Origin: Podarcis liolepis
Lineage: Eukaryota
Assembly (NCBI GenBank): GCA_965112155.1
Contig: OZ218104.1
Length of the DNA stretch: 64,000 bases
Reading direction: 5' to 3' (one strand)
Shown piece after piece: positions 46,967 through 59,368 of this stretch; positions within the stretch are counted from its first letter, which is position 1, and each line of letters opens with the position of its first letter. The position numbers and the translations under genes were made by a program. The notes beneath the pieces are model-generated. The model did not search any database. It saw only the letters and a program-made list of their open reading frames with translations, and was not told the DNA's origin.

Positions 46967-48339
46967 TGAAACTCAACCAGGTGAGCAGATGTGGAGAATG
47001 CTGCTGCTGCTGCTGCTGCTGCGATGTCCCTCTCAAAGGAGCGTCAAGACAGAGGGTGTCTGGGGCAGGAGTGTAAAGAGCCGTCACAGGCCACACCTCA
47101 TCCTGAATCCTGTTTCTGGTTCACCCACTAAAAGAGGAACTCCACATACCCTGAGCTGTTTCTCATTCCTTTCCGCTCTCTACATTCTTCTTCTTGTATA
47201 TTATTATTTCAAACCAGGCAGCACAAGAGCAGCCATTAAACAACACCAATCAGGGAGGCACCCACAATGCTGGGAGGACTAAGTCTGCATGAGGACGATC
47301 CTGCAAGCGACACAGGCTGTGTGGCAGAATGAAAGAGGAGGAACAAACTGTGCCTGGGGATGGGGGGCCCATTACCTCTCCCCCAGGTCCTGGGGCAACG
47401 GGCGGCCAGCCTCCCCACTCCACTCCTGCAGGAATCCAGGGCAGCCCTAAAAGATTACGAAATCCCAAACCCAGAAAGGCTTCATGAGCTGTGCAGACGA
47501 GTTGAAGGGAACAGCTCACTCACACAGTGACAACAATGCTCGACTTTTTCATACTTATGCTAACTCTCCATCATAGAAACCGCCGCAGTCAATGTCTTAA
47601 CCCCAGATCTTTATTTTTTCATTGTTTCCCCTCAGGGCCTCTTTAAGGAGCCGGCAGAGGAGCCACTTTCCACGTCGGGCGCAGTTGGCACGCCGGCCAA
47701 GTGTACTTAAACTTTGCGTCTGATCAAGTTATGTGTATTGGATCTGAAACCAGCGAGTCAATTCTTCCAGGTCCCTAAGTGGCGATTTGTGGTAATGTCT
47801 ACATCAATACGAAGAGAGCGGTTTGCTAGCTGGTTTACGTAAAGCAAATGCCTGCAGGATGGGAGGGGGCCTCCAAGGGTTCTCCCAGCTAATGGTGTTG
47901 TGCACATATGGTGGGGGGGGGAGCACAAGCAGAGGCCAAACAGGAGAGGGTGCTTTTTATGCAAACCTCCAGGCAAAGGAACCACCACCACCACAACCAC
48001 CACCTCCTCCTAACTGAAGGGTTCTTTCCCATTTCCACCAAAGCTTCTCTTTCCCAGCCTATGAGCATCTCTCTGCCATCTTCCTGGCAAGCACAACCCA
48101 CCAGTCCTGAGGTGGAGAAGGATGGGGAGCCTCTGGAGGCGGCCTGTGGGCCAGGCCAGGAGATGGGGAACTGGGTATTCTGTCACAGGGACTTCCCCAG
48201 ATTGGCAGGCTGTGCTTTCTCTCATTTGCTTGGTTTTCGGGGGGGGGGGCTCTTGGCACACAAAGCTGTGTGAAAATTGATTTATGGGATCCACTGCTGC
48301 GGGATGCAGTGATAGCCCTACAACAGAGAGAAAGAACAG

Positions 48340-48612
48340 GGAGGTTTAAAGGGGGATTAGAGGGATTCATGGGTGAGTGGGGAGATCTGTCAATGGCTGT
48401 TTGTCATGGTTGGTCTGTGGAAGATGCTCTGGGTTTAGCCTATACCGCTCCTAACATTTGCTGGCAGGCACAGAGCAGGGAGCACTTATCCCTGCTTGTG
48501 GGCCTCTTGAAGGCACTGCTACTTGGTGGGGCAGATGAACCGAGGTGATTCCTGCTTCTGATCTCTCCCCTGAACAAGCCTTCTGGTTTGCCTTCAACAG
48601 CATGGCTACTCT
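48340..48612 (+). mobile_element. CR1 3' end (ORF2 end and UTR), degraded
   Basis: ggtttaaagggggattagagggattcatgg (FKxGLDxFM) followed by tcaatggct...cctgcttgtgggc. Confidence 0.6.
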
Positions 48613-49123
48613 ATACCAGGCATGCTCCCTTGCCCGCATCTACCTGGCCACCTGGCCTAGCCAGATGAAGAAGACAAGAGAAGAAAATTTGAGAAAATTC
48701 CACCAGAGTCCTGGCTACATGTAAGATTTCCCAGAATGCTAAGCAGCACTGTTCACATCCTTCTTCTGAAAGCGTCAACAGGATCCCCTTGCCCTAGATG
48801 ACTCCCAGTTCCTCTGTGGCAGTGCAGGTGAGCAAAAGTATGATGGAACAAGGTTGGGAGGTGCAATGGGAATTTCTTACATTCAGATTTAAGACACCAG
48901 CTGCCCATTGTCTCTGTGTGCTTTCTTGTGAGAATCGGCCCAACGTCACTGAAGTCCTTAAGTTAGTCATAAACATCCCTCAGATCTAGGAGGGCTCTCG
49001 AGAAAGACTAGCTCGCAGCAATGACCTCAGGAGAACCTTCTTACGTCCTCTCTAGGATTTCAGGACAACCTTCTCTGAGCTGCCTCCTCCTTCTTCATCT
49101 TCCTCCTTTCCTTGACCTCTGGA

Positions 49124-49202
49124 CCAGTTTCACCCAACTGAGATGCCCTCCAGGTGTTTTGAACTACAACTCCCATTAGCCTCAGCAACATGTTGGCTGG
49201 GG
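49124..49202. mobile_element. hAT MITE fragment
   Basis: tgccctccaggtgttttgaactacaactcccattagcctcagc. Confidence 0.55.
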
Positions 49203-50549
49203 AGGAAGGCTTACAAAGGAGCCACCACTGCAGCAAAGATTTCCATAGGTGGAGAGAATCTGCTTATCCATTTGACACTGCTAAGTTTAGTCTTCTTAAG
49301 TACCAGCTCCCCGCTGCCTGCTGCTGCCACCATGACAGTGATTCTCTTCTATTTCCCATTAATTATTCGTTTTGCAATTGTACATCTCCATCCCTCTGGG
49401 ATTGTGCTGCTGCTGGCATTTGGCACACAATTTATGGAAAGTTTCCATAAATATGATGCTGTTCAGAAAAGGAGCAAGATATTAGTTTAGAATTTGCAGA
49501 CTATCACAGGCTGAGGACACACCACTGATTTATGGTCCCCTGTAAATTCAGAGGCACGGCTGGTGCTGCACTCATAAACTGCAGATGAGCTGGGGTTGGC
49601 ATTTCTCTCAAGCCCAACCGACTCAACAGCCACCAACTGCAGAGATGGCGGCCTACTGCCTCTCTGGCCTCTTCAGCCTACCTGCTAGAGTCAGGGATTC
49701 TTCAGCAGCCATTGCCACTAGGAATGGTTGACCTAGATTCTTCTGCTGGACAAGGACTCCTCTGAGGTCCTAGGCCTGCCATGATTGATTTCAGCTCCCC
49801 ACTGCTCTGCTCACACCTTCCTCCCACAAACAGCAGCAAACCAGGCCTTGGATGATACTCCCACTCTATCCCATAAATGCTTTGCAGCTGCATACCCTCC
49901 AACATGCCACAGAGGAAAATCCGGCTGTATGTCTTTTGGGGCTGCACGCCCGTGTGAGTCGTGTGACTCGCGTAAGAATACAGCTCCGAAAAACGTGCAT
50001 CTTTTCAGAGCCAGATAACTCATGTGAGAGCACGGGGCCCCCAAAACGAGTGTCTTTGGGGGTTGTGATCTTGTGGAAGCCAAATAGGACATTCTGGGAT
50101 CCCATCAGAAGCCGGTATCGCTTCCGTAATTCTGTGATGTCTCGCTTCAAGCAAGACAGTTGTGGGGAATGGCAGCTGACAGGGCTGGAACACCTTCAGA
50201 TTTGCAGTCTTGGTAGCAAATGGCAGCAGGGAAAATGTTTTCTAATGCAGGTTTCCCCTTGGGGGAGCTGGGGGGTGGCTGCAACATTCCTTTGGGAATT
50301 TTTGTAGCCACAGCCATCTGTATTCATTCAGCTACTTGACAGCCCACAAATCCTGCTCCTGTACAAGAGGAAACGAAGGAGTTCCGATGCTGCACTTCAT
50401 TTTAAAACTGGGCAGAGCTTGCTAAAAACTCTGGCCTAAACAGATCTGCAGACAGACAGATTCACCTCTTGATGATGCTGTGAACTGCCAACAGTGGTTG
50501 TCTACGCGGCATCTCATGTCTGCTCCCCTCTGCCACGGATAGACTTTCC

Positions 50550-50730
50550 CATAAGAACATAATAGCAGCCCTGTTGGATCATGCAAATGGTCCAGCTACT
50601 CTTCCATAGTGCCCTGTCCCACAAGCAGGACATGACGACAAGCCCCCTCCTGCTTCTTGCCTCCCTGGAAACTCAGGCTCAGGGAAGAGACTAGCTCTTC
50701 AGATGTCCCTATACACTGGCAGCATCCATA
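50550..50730 (-). mobile_element. CR1 3' end, degraded
   Basis: cataagaacataatagcagccctgttggatcatgcaaatggtccagcta...cccacaagcaggacatga. Confidence 0.65.
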
Positions 50731-52137
50731 AGCGCTACGAGCTGGATATTGTGGGTGGTGGGTATCTTATTCCTCAGTCAGATGCTATGCAGAAGATGCC
50801 ATGTGTGGATTCGGAGGATTGTGTTGTACAAAGCAAACAGTACAGTACTCAGCTACAACCTTCCTTCACACATCTAGGAAAAGAGGTCACAGCATATCTT
50901 GTATGGGTGAATCCCAGGCCCAATGGTGAGTTTTGCCACAAGTTCAACAGCCACATTTGTCTTAAAACTGAACCTGAAAGGAATAGGCACCCTTCCACTG
51001 GGGAGACAAACTCTCGGAGGGCTTGCACAAGCCCAGTTTCTACAGGACAGGAATAGCAGCAACTGACCTTCCTAACATGGCATAGCTGAAGGGATATATG
51101 AGGTTGCTGCCTGCCCTGAGGTTAAGATGGACTGGGCCATAAAACCCAACTTTCAAACTTCAAATGTTTGTGCCCCTCCTCCATGAAGGAAAAAAGAGAG
51201 CAGTTTCCAGAACAGCAAAGTTGGTCCAGTTTAGGAGTAGAAAGAATGCCTGCCGTGATCAGATTTACTGCTAGAAAGGAACATGCATGCATCATGGCAA
51301 GCCTGAAATGTGTCATTATGAAACATTTAACCAGTTTAAATCTCTCTCTCTCTCCCTTCTCTGATGCCCTTCTGAGTGTCTGCGATTTACAGCTCTCAGT
51401 CGATAATCAAGCCCAATAGCGTGGATGAAACTGACAATCAGAGGAAGCATCTAAATGAAACAGAATTGGAGTCACTTTCGAAAGATCCATTAAAGTAAAG
51501 AATTCTACTGAAGACTCTATGACAGCACTTATTAGAAACACCTCAGAGCAAGAATCAAACTGTGAACGGAATGGAAAATCTCAATGAGTGCTCAGAATTA
51601 ATTAGGGAAAGTTTGGAAGAAGAGCTCCCATGTAATCAGGGGAATACCTATTTGGGGTTTGGCAGGGAAGGGGCTCATTTCTTTCCATATGTAGTGCACC
51701 TTCCAAGGCTAACTGATTTGGAGGAAGCCCACCTGGCTTGCAAAGGCTGCTCTGGGAGCCATCAAACAGGGCTTGGACCCAGGCCCAGGCAACTGCCCTT
51801 GCTTGAAAGCCAGAACTGTTGCTTCTTGGCCAGAGGGCATCTCTGGAAAGCACTTGGGCCTCCCTCCTTGCTGAGTCCCCATCAGGGCATCTCCCCTCTC
51901 AGATAGCAGCACCTTTGCTTCCTTCCTCCCACAGCCCTTGGATAATTTCCCTGGCTATGGACTCCAGCCTGAACAAAGAACTGTGGTCTTGTCTTTGCAG
52001 GGAGCCACAAGGTTCTTAGCTTCTTATCTCTTAAAAGTGCCCTTGCCCCCTTCTGCATCTTGCCTGAGGCAGCCTTGTCTTGCCATCAGGCTCAGGCTGG
52101 ATACCAGCAGGCCAAGGCAAGAGTGGAGGCAGGAGGG

Positions 52138-52517
52138 CAGACCCTCCAAGTGTCCCTATTTTCCAGGGAGTCCTGGATTTACAGAAGCCATTCTGATTTG
52201 ACCCTGGAATGTCCTACTTTTCCTTAGGATGTCCCTATTTTCATCTGAGAAATGTTGGAGGGTATGGAGTTATGTGACCCTCAAGCCACAAAGATGGAAC
52301 TATACAAGCTTTAGTAGATACCTGAAGGCAGCTCTGTACAAGCAAGTTTTTTAATGCTTAATGTTTTATTATGTTTTTATATATGTTGCAAGCTGCCCAG
52401 AGTGCCTGGGGCATCCCAGTCAGATGGGCTGGGGAATAATAATAATAATAATAATAATACAGTAATAGAATAGAATAGAACATCCCTATTTTCATCAGAG
52501 AAATGTTGGAGGGTATG
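52138..52517. mobile_element. Composite MITE: duplicated right end enclosing an L2 3' tail and (AAT)n/(TAGAA)n
   Basis: Left cagaccctccaagtgtccctattttccaggg; right-end unit ending ttggagggtatg at 52266 and again at 52517; L2 tail at about 52305-52460. Confidence 0.85.
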
Positions 52518-53002
52518 GGTTCTGGCTGAATGCAGGGGCTCTGGCTTGGCTCTGTGGCCGCACAGCTCCTATGTTACTTCAGCAGGGAACAAACTGAACC
52601 TCACCCAGCCCTATGTGGCTGCAGCAGAACAGCTGTCTCCTAACCACAAGCCTGGCAGGCACTTGAAAGTTCTGCTTTGCTTAAAGGGCCCAGCCCTCTC
52701 CATTAGTCTCTTGCTGCAATGGAGTGGAGTCTCCGGTTGCAATGAGTCCTCCATGGAGCCTTCCAAGCCTGAGAATGGCATCCTCTGGCTGCAGGGTGAG
52801 GAGGAGGACACTGGCCCTGCAGGCTCCTCAGGTAGGAATGCTACATACCCTTCCCCTTCTGTTTCAGAGTCTTACACTTCATCACCTGAAGAGCACTCCC
52901 TCTCTTAGCCTCTGACAGGGTAGGAGCACATTTAATTCCGACCAGTACCAATTTGACAAATCCGTATAATGAATATATTTAAGCAAGCAGCTGCTCACTT
53001 CA

Positions 53003-53070
53003 TTTTGTTTGTTTGTTTTATTTATTATACAATGTTTATATACTACTTCATTGTAATAAACCCCCAAAAG
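53003..53070 (-). mobile_element. L2 3' tail relic
   Basis: (TTTG/TTTA)n then tttatatactacttcattgtaataaacccccaaaag, like 14468-14530. Confidence 0.5.
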
Positions 53071-53389
53071 ACTCATTTGACCACTACCACCACTTACTCC
53101 ACCATGCTAGAGGCCAGGCCCTTCTATGGAAGTCCAGCTCCTTTTCTGAAGCATCTTAGCATAGGCCCAAACCCTTGATGATGCCTCTGGCTAGGGTTTG
53201 CCAGCAGGACCCCTGACCAATTGGGGACAAACCAGGCCATGCAAATGGCCCTCGGCTGCACTTCCTGATTGCACTGGGTGCACGTGACAGAGCGGATAAA
53301 ATGTCAGAAGTAGCTGCATGAGCATCGTTCAAAACCAGGTGTAGATCTAAATGATCCTGGGTGCTCAGAGGATGGATTTGTCATTGGTT

Positions 53390-53545
53390 GGAAATATGGG
53401 TGAATCTGTAAATTTTGGTTTCTCTCAGCTTTTCCTTTTTTGCAGATTTTTTTAAAAGAAATCCTCATGAAAATTCATCAGTATTTTAGTGTGAATTTCT
53501 CTGAATTTATACATTTTTGTTTGCAATGCTGCCAACAATTTTATT
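53390..53545 (+). mobile_element. hAT-like element fragment (15800 family)
   Basis: atatgggtgaatctgtaaattttggtttctctcag...aaaattcatcagtattttagtgtgaatttctctgaatttatacattttt. Confidence 0.55.
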
Positions 53546-55283
53546 GAGTGCAGGATGGAGGACATGTGATGCATCACTCCTACAAATGTAAATGGGGAGC
53601 AAAGCAGCCCCTGGTATGTTGTGGCTGCTTCTTTGACCACTCTGAGCCGTTACAAATATCCACAGCCATAAAGACAGGTAGAATCTCACACACCTGAATG
53701 ACACTTTCTGCCTCCCTCAAATGGACCCGACTCCCCAGCTTGAATCTGTTTCTCAGTCAATTCCTCTTTAGCGGAGGTTACTTAAAGGTGACTTTGCCTC
53801 CCCATATCCTGCCTGGCCTGTTCCCTCAGGGTCACTTTGTGTTCACAGGGAGTCAGGTGGGCCCAGATGCCTGGGATCTGGGATCTTTAGAAGCCTCGAT
53901 TGCTGTAGCCAATTACTTGTCACTCTGGTTCAGGGCAAGTAATAGCATCTGCAGCAACGACCCAGGTCATTCTCAAAGCCACACAGAGACCCTGTGACCA
54001 GGCTCTGCAAGGCCTCTTGCCCGGGGTCTATACGAATAGCAAATGGATAGCCACCTCCTCTCCTGCTTAAAAGGAATGTGCTCAGGGACATGAAGGCTTG
54101 CCCTTCGATGCAACTAGCCTCTCCTATTGCCTCTCTTTCACTATGCAAAGGCACCCCCCCACAACACACACACCCTCCCCACCAAAGCTTTGCCAACAGC
54201 TGGAGAATCGCCTCTTTAATTCTGACACACGGAGGATGGTGGAAGGCGCCCACCAGTTCACCTGCCTCCTGGAATTCACAGCAATTCTTTGAACGTGATA
54301 AAAGACCCTCTTCCTCTCCCCGTTCCTCTCGCCTCCTTGAAGCCTGCCCAGGCCCAGACAACCAGGTCTCCCCAGCCCTTAGATCCCCGCCATCAAGGGG
54401 TTCATTTTCTGTTCAAAACATGGCAGCTTAAACAAACAAAATGAAACAGAAATACAAGAGGAGAATTATCAAAGGGAAAGGAAGAGCAAGAAATAAATGA
54501 GAAATAGGTGAGCGGGGGTCGAAGGCGACAAAGCGAGGCGCTTGACCCACCTGGAGAGCAGACCGGGCCATCGCGTCCGTCTTGGCCAATCATGCGAGCT
54601 TTGCAACGGGCAGGAAAATCCACATGGGTTCATTTGGCTGGAGAGGGTGGCTCATAAACCTTACAGTGCTGCTATGAAAGCTCTCCGAATCTCCCCACGT
54701 TTCCCCTTGTCATACCGTGGAGATTGGCTGCTGGAGAAGTGGTGTTGGTGGTGGGGCGGGCAGGCAGGAGGGGGATTGGACTGATGTGTGTTGTGGGGGA
54801 TCAGCTGGCGGGGGGGGGGAGAGGGATGGCCAGAATTATTATTTTTTTTAACTGCGTAAAGCGAACGAAGAAAACAGTTTATACCTTTAGGGTCATGTGA
54901 GGGAGCCACTGGCAAAGATATATGCAAGACAACAGCAAAAGAGGGAAGAGGGAGGGGGGAGGGGGAGAATGAGTGCGAAGGAGAGAGGCAAAAGCTTTCT
55001 ATTATTCGGGACATTGGTGATGCACACGGAGGCAGTTGGAAGATTAAATTAAGTATTATATCTGCTGACCCAATTGCCATGGTTACCGGACAGCGGAAAA
55101 TATTAATCAAGCCAAGCCTTTTCTGCTGAACATTCTGGGGGAGGCGGAGGTGGGTGGCGGGTGGGGGGGGGAAGAGAATGCTCAATATAAATATATACAT
55201 ATATATATATAGGCATTGCTCCGTCACACAAGTGCTGTGGAGGAAGGCACCTGATATTGTCAAGATAAACCATTTAAAAATAT

Positions 55284-55322
55284 TGCTGCTGCTGCTGCTA
55301 CTACTACTATTATTATTATTAT
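55284..55322. repeat. Compound (TGC)5(TAC)3(TAT)5 microsatellite
   Basis: Direct reading. Confidence 0.9.
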
Positions 55323-55952
55323 TCAGAGGAGAGCAGATGTCACTGCAGAAAGCTATGCTTGGAGGACAAAGATATGGCAGCCTCCAGCTCCTTCTTCCAG
55401 CTGTTTTTTAAAAAGTATTTATTAATGGCAGCAAACTATGACATTTGGCTGATTGCAAAGGCAATGGCATCTCCAAGGCTCTTTGCATCCTTCCGCCCAG
55501 GAAACATCACTGTGGCTGAGTATCCCTCCTGACAGGAGAGGCAGCAGCCTGGGGAAATAAATGATGGCCCAGGTAGACAATGAGCAAAGACCAGCTGAAG
55601 AAGGTTGCCTAGGTGTGTCTCCTGCCAGCCCCTTCATGTGCAAGACCAAGCCTCTGTTGCTACCACATCCATCTGCAGCTGCTGCCATTGCACACAGAAT
55701 GAGAGCCATGCATAGCTTCAGGAATGGCCCGAGTCTCACAACTGGAAACTGAAGCTCTGGTTCCACCATGTTAAGAGATGTAGGAGCTTGGTAATGAATC
55801 TGAACCAGGCGCTATCCTCTGATAAGTTCATAGACAACTGCCGCCTTCCCTGTCTCTGCTGTCAAAATGGAGGTGAGAGCAGGGGTGGGGCGTGAACCAC
55901 CGAGCCCTCTAATTTACTTGACAACAGCCACCACCTTGCTGCTACTCCGGGG

Positions 55953-55966
55953 CCAGCAGGTGGCAC
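55953..55966 (+). promoter_or_regulatory. CTCF core motif
   Basis: CCAGCAGGTGGCAC matches every position of the consensus CCA[CG][CT]AG[AG][GT]GGC[AG]C; not within a recognisable TE. Confidence 0.6.
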
Positions 55967-57033
55967 TGTAGCTTCATCTGCTTCTACTCCCAACTGGTGG
56001 TTAGGCTGAAACAGGAACTTCTTCTTGATTGGCTCATTCAGATTATTTAACTTCCTGAGTCACTGTTGAGCTGGGCAGGGTCCAACCATTTTTTCCTTTT
56101 CCCCCACCTTCCTTCTATTGTAAAGCTGAAGAGTTTCCATGTCAGAGCCGACCAAGGGCCTATCTGACCTAACTCCCCTGCTCCCAAGAGAGTCCAGTCA
56201 GATCCCTCTGGGAAGCTCACAAGCAGATGAGCCAGCTGCCCCTCTGCCCCAGTTATCTGAACATGGAGGTTCCACTTATATGTCGTGGTTAATTATTACA
56301 GATGGATGTATCCTCCTTCTCTTCTATGTATGTGTCTAATACTTATGTTGTCAGCAAGACAAAGTAAAATGCAGTATCAGGTATTCAGTGGTGTATGCCT
56401 GCATGTGAAGATGGAGGGTCTGTTGGCCTGGTTTAGACTCCTAAAATATGTAGAGCCCTCCCTTCTTAGTCATCTTGCCCAGCATCTTCCTCCAACAGTG
56501 TGTAGCCTAAAAAAGACCACATGTAGGACATGAAGGCCTCCCTGGCTGTCCTCATACACAGGATTTGGACCTCAGGAAGCAGGCAACCTCTTCAACCTAT
56601 GCAAATGAGGTAGGCATCTACTTAAAGAAGCATTCTTTTCGTACAGGCCTTCCCATATTAATTCAGTGTACCGTATTTTATTTTTCTCCACTGCTGGCAT
56701 TTTGATCACTTGGAAATTGTTTTTATCTTGTCTTTATGATATATTGCTTTTCTCTTTAATATACACTGGTTTGATATTTTCTAATAATAATTGGTTTAAA
56801 AGTCTTGCACAGAAATGTAAACAGAAATTCCGCTCCCATCTCATCGTTCTCAGACTGTCTATCGGGGTTTCATAATCTTTTTGGCTGTAGATATTTTAAA
56901 TGCTACTTTTTTGGTCTTTAGTTTTGTAAGGTACTAGAAGTAAGTGATTGCTTGATTCTAGGTGTTCCAAATGTTCTGAAAGACTTCAGGGGTTTAAGAA
57001 AATGTTTTCAAATGTTTAATACACACATACATA

Positions 57034-57036
<3 letters not shown>

Positions 57037-57072
<36 letters not shown>
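57037..57072. repeat. (AT)n microsatellite
   Basis: Direct reading. Confidence 0.95.
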
Positions 57073-57078
<6 letters not shown>

Positions 57079-59296
57079 AATTTAAAATAGTATTGTTTTT
57101 ATCTTTATTTATTTTTCCTGTACTGAGATACTTTGGAAGGAAGGGCAGGATAGAAATCAGTCAGTCAATCAATTGATTACCTGTGTCTGTATGAGAGTTT
57201 CAACATTTTTAGCAACACAGCTGTTACTGTAAATATACTTCTGATAAGCAGAAGCAAAAGTACTGTGTATTAAAGACAACACTAAAAAAGAGCATTGCTG
57301 CTTTTAATTTTTTTAAAAAATTAAAAAAAATATTTTAAAATGTTAATAATAAATATTCATCATAAAATAAACAGAACTACTCTACTGTATTACACCTTGG
57401 GGTCTCCAATAATGCCATCTGCAAAACACTCTTTCCAGAAATACCACCAGAATTGTAGTCACCCTAATCCAAAGTATTTCCAAAATTGTTTAATTAAATC
57501 CTTGCTTGGTGGTGGGAAGACTGCCAGAGGACGTCACAAGAATATTGCCATTCAAAAGCTGTGTTACATATTTCCTATGAATTAAATAACAAAAGGCAGT
57601 CTCTGCAATCCAGTGGAGTGAACAGCAGCTGGCATACTTAAGTCCCATGCAATGATGTGGTTGAAATGCACCAAATTCTGTCTTGGAATGTGGTCAGTAA
57701 TTTTTAGTCAATCCATTGAAAAGCAGACTGTGCTAAGTCTCAGTCCAGTGGTGTTGTTCTCTCAAAGGAAATACTCTCCCCATTTATTCCTTGACCCAAG
57801 GGAAACTCATGAAGCTGGAGATCTTCCCCTGCCCCCCCCCAGTAGTTACTTGCCAGCATCCTCTGTATTGCTGTCTGTTTACTGCTGCCTCTTGCTGCCA
57901 AGATGGCAATCACCCCATCACACCCAGCACCCTGATCCCTTGAATCCTGCAATCTGGAGCTTCTTGGCTGTGCATTCTGGAGTGCCCAGACCCCTGAATC
58001 AGTGGCTGCTGCCTCTGCATAAGCCCTCCCCTTTGGCACTTCAGACATAGCTCCTTCCTTCTTACCCTGGCAACTTACTCTGGATTCTCCTCCATCTGCC
58101 ACCCTGCCCAGCTGCTTGTGGGATCCTCACAATCCTGCCCAAACATGCCTCCTTCCCCTTGATCCAGCAACACCTCCCTCCCAGTTTGTTTGTTCCTGGC
58201 CCTGAGTCTTTGCTTTCTTCCACCCCACCAGCAGTAGCCCAGCCGGCCAGAGGCTCATGGGCAGTACCTGTCTGGCCAGTAATCCTTTCCTGCCTGGAAA
58301 ATGATTACCCTGCCATGGCCAGTGTGGACGGCTTAGGGCAGCTGTGTCATATAAATTGTCAGCAATGACCATAAGCACTCAGAGAAACACTTTAATTCTT
58401 CACTCCCGCCACCGTGGGCTGATATATTCTTTCAAGGTCATTACCCAAGGCTAGGGGGGTCGCATGATAAACGAGTGACAGGCCCAATGAGAGACGGTGT
58501 GCCTGAGCAGGCCTTACATTAATTAGACAGAAGTGCTAGAGAGGAAAGGTGGCTGGGCCAAAGAAGGGGAGGGGGAGGGCTGGCCCAGGCTCTCTGGGAT
58601 CTCTCACCCTTCCCTTCCCCTCCTGCAGGCCAGGAGACCAGTTGGCCTCCCTCCCTTGCCAGGTTTAGCAGCTTTACTTGTAAAACAACATATCAGATGT
58701 AAACAATACTTCATTTCTGCTTTGCAAGGACCGGGACATCCCCCTCTCTGCCTGTGTTCTGCTGGGTCTGCTACTTGCCCCCCACCCCTGCTTCACACTG
58801 GACTACAGAAGAGTAACTTGCAATGAATGACACATCCGAGAAACAGCAAAAATAAATTGCTCAAAGCCAAGGAAGAAAGGCGGCACCATGTGACATTTCT
58901 CGAAAGGCATCGTTGACAGGCCTGGTACAGCCACCCGCCTTGTTAGGTTGAAAGAGCAGTAAGAGAATTGCTGGGTCAGTTCATGCACCCACATTTGTCA
59001 CTTGGTGGCTACACCCTCAAGTATCAACTTGCACATCCAAATGAGGCATCCAGAATCTAAAGTAACCTCCAGCACTGTACAAAATGTCTATGGGTAGAAT
59101 CACCGCACACATTCAGCCAACACTCAGCACATGCTGAATAATCAAATTATGAGGAGTCTAGCGATGTTGGTGAATGTGTGAACTCACACACTGAATCAGT
59201 TTTGTGTGGAAGCTGATGGGTGCACCCGAGCACTTGGTTCCTTGAAACCAGAAGAGGGGGTTTGGATAATATCACATCTCCCCATGTTGAGCAAAA

Positions 59297-59368
59297 GATT
59301 CTTGTATTTCAGGGGGTTAGACTAGATGATCCTCGTGGTCCCTTCCAACTCTACAATTTGTGATTCTA
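59297..59368 (+). mobile_element. CR1 extreme 3' tip
   Basis: cagggggttagactagatgatcctcgtggtcccttccaactctacaatttgtgattcta. Confidence 0.8.

Noticed and set aside
57302-57326. AT-only palindrome
   Set aside because: Low complexity; expected in poly-A/T tracts.
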